Source of the DNA: Narcine bancroftii
Lineage: Eukaryota
Reading direction: 5' to 3'
DNA: 64,000 nucleotides
NCBI RefSeq assembly: GCF_036971445.1
Contig: NC_091480.1
Coordinates: 79,732,001-79,796,000, forward strand
The notes beneath the pieces were generated by a model, which saw nothing but the letters and a program-made list of their open reading frames with translations, had not been told where the DNA came from and did not search any database. Of the stretch, positions 62,341-64,000 are shown in pieces (position 1 is the stretch's first letter; each line of letters opens with the position of its first letter). Made by a program: the position numbers and the translations under genes.

Positions 62341-64000
62341 AAAATAAATACCTGTGTGGCTGCAACAATTAATAATTTTCATGACCCTGTACATTTACTT
62401 TTGAATATGGCAATAAGCTCCCAAACTTGTACTCATAGATTATTACTCATGAAACATTCTGGTGTGCTTTACAGTCAACAAGTTACTTTTTTGAATTAAG
62501 GTTCCAGTTGTAATGTATCCTTCAAGTACTTGACGAAACTCAAGACTGAGTCTCATTATATGGCTTATGTTAACTGCTACTTCAGGCTTATACAAACCAT
62601 ATAACTTCAGTGGCGCATGAGATATCAGTAGAAAAGAGACCAAGAACATTTGCCATTACCTTCTGTTCTGGTAATCTGGAACCTCAATGAGTACATTTAC
62701 ACAAAGCACTCAAGGCACTTCAGTTTAAAGGCTTAGTCAAACCAATGTGGTTTTAAAGAATGCCCTTCACTCTCTGTATATGAAACACAAAAATGTAATT
62801 TTAGATTTGTTTATGTATGGTCTGCTGCTCTGACTGATGTAGGTGTAGGATAGCCTGGAGCCAAGAACCATTTTTCTTGCCTTGGGTTGCAGAGAGAGAA
62901 AAGAAAAACCTTGTTTCCTAAAGTGTAAACCACTGTAAAGAAGCTGATGCTGTTACGTCTGGGTGAAACAAGACTATCGCAAGTAATCTCAGTCATTACC
63001 TCCAGGTAGGTATCAAGTGATTGGACAACCGACTGATTTGGAGACGAGCTCAATGCTTCAGAAATCGGGTCAGATCTATTTTAAGAATCCAAAGACTCAT
63101 TTTGAAAGAGGTTACTTTCAAAAACCACACCACTGTGGGAGAACAAAGCATTAGAATGTCAGTCGAGATTGGATATAAGTGGTACAGAATTTGTAACCTT
63201 CTCACTCAGAGGCAGGAGTGCTGCCAGCTGACATTTAGCTATGATTAAAGATGATGACCCAGTGGAGTGCAGTTTGACTTTCCTTCTTGTACTGCAAATT
63301 TATTTTTGTGAACAGATGCTCACAGAGCAGGTTTATTTCTGCTCTTCCTCAGCCGGTAGGTTCCTTGTGGCTTCTGACTCTACCACCAGGCACCTTGAGC
63401 TAGCCATTCTTTGCTTCTCTATCCTGGAAGAATTTCAGCTCTGCGCGGTATCCCGTGAGCCCTACGATGTTCTTCCCTTTTCAGTGAAAGTCACAGAATG
63501 TTGATCTGAATCAGCGGCTGATTTTTTTTCTCCCGAACCAAAGGGAGTATTTCCAGCCTGACGTAGATCAGATTAATTAACACAGACTGGGGGTCAACCT
63601 CGGGGCCTTGATTATCTGCACATTTCAGTTTCATGTTGGAATAAGGATTTAATCTACAAGTCCTTCACAGCAAAGTGTATTCAAACATTTCAATGCTGAG
63701 CATCTCAGCAACAAAAAAATCACATCTGTTTTCTGACCATCTAAAAAAAACACAGCCCATCACCACCTCAGAGATCATCCACAGTACATTTAATCCTGAG
63801 TTAGAAAGTTGTGTGGTTAAACCTTATGCCAGAAACTGAAGTATAAAAAAAGCCCAAGGTGACACATCAGTATAGTACAGATGGAGCCAAATGTTAGATA
63901 TGCCATTTGTCAGATAAGCAGTTAAAATCAGAGGCGCTGTGAATGCTGTGGCTTTAACTAAAAAATAAGGACTAGTCTGAGAAAGGGGAAGGACTGAATC

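Noticed and set aside
62811-63407. Minus-strand, partly open frame (MASSRCLVVESE...) as a neighbouring gene or pseudogene
   Set aside because: Four internal stops and no recognisable homology; no SKAP1 exon was recognised in the window.

Overview
Vertebrate genomic DNA containing the 3' end of a HoxB cluster. Three intact two-exon genes lie on the + strand: HoxB3 (14373-16270), HoxB2 (21062-22755) and HoxB1 (30549-32243). The repeat content (Penelope-like, CR1, Rex1/Babar, L1-like, V-SINE/Deu-SINE, Harbinger) suggests a cartilaginous fish, possibly a ray; this is an inference. Positions 1 to about 41400 are almost free of transposons and carry recognisable hindbrain and retinoic-acid cis-elements: a DR5 RARE upstream of HoxB3, Krox20 and Pbx-Hox/Meis elements upstream of HoxB2, the HoxB1 autoregulatory element, and 3' DR2 and DR5 RAREs. 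About 41400-62400 is a dense, nested field of decayed transposons with a perfect 17x12-bp tandem array. The most unusual signals are a possible post-transcriptional layer (an upstream ORF at each gene and miR-10 seed sites at all three genes, one possibly controlled by poly(A) site choice) and a V32E change in the HoxB2 homeodomain. There is a 168-N gap at 20283-20450. All calls were made by eye; comparisons with other species are from memory and need alignment.
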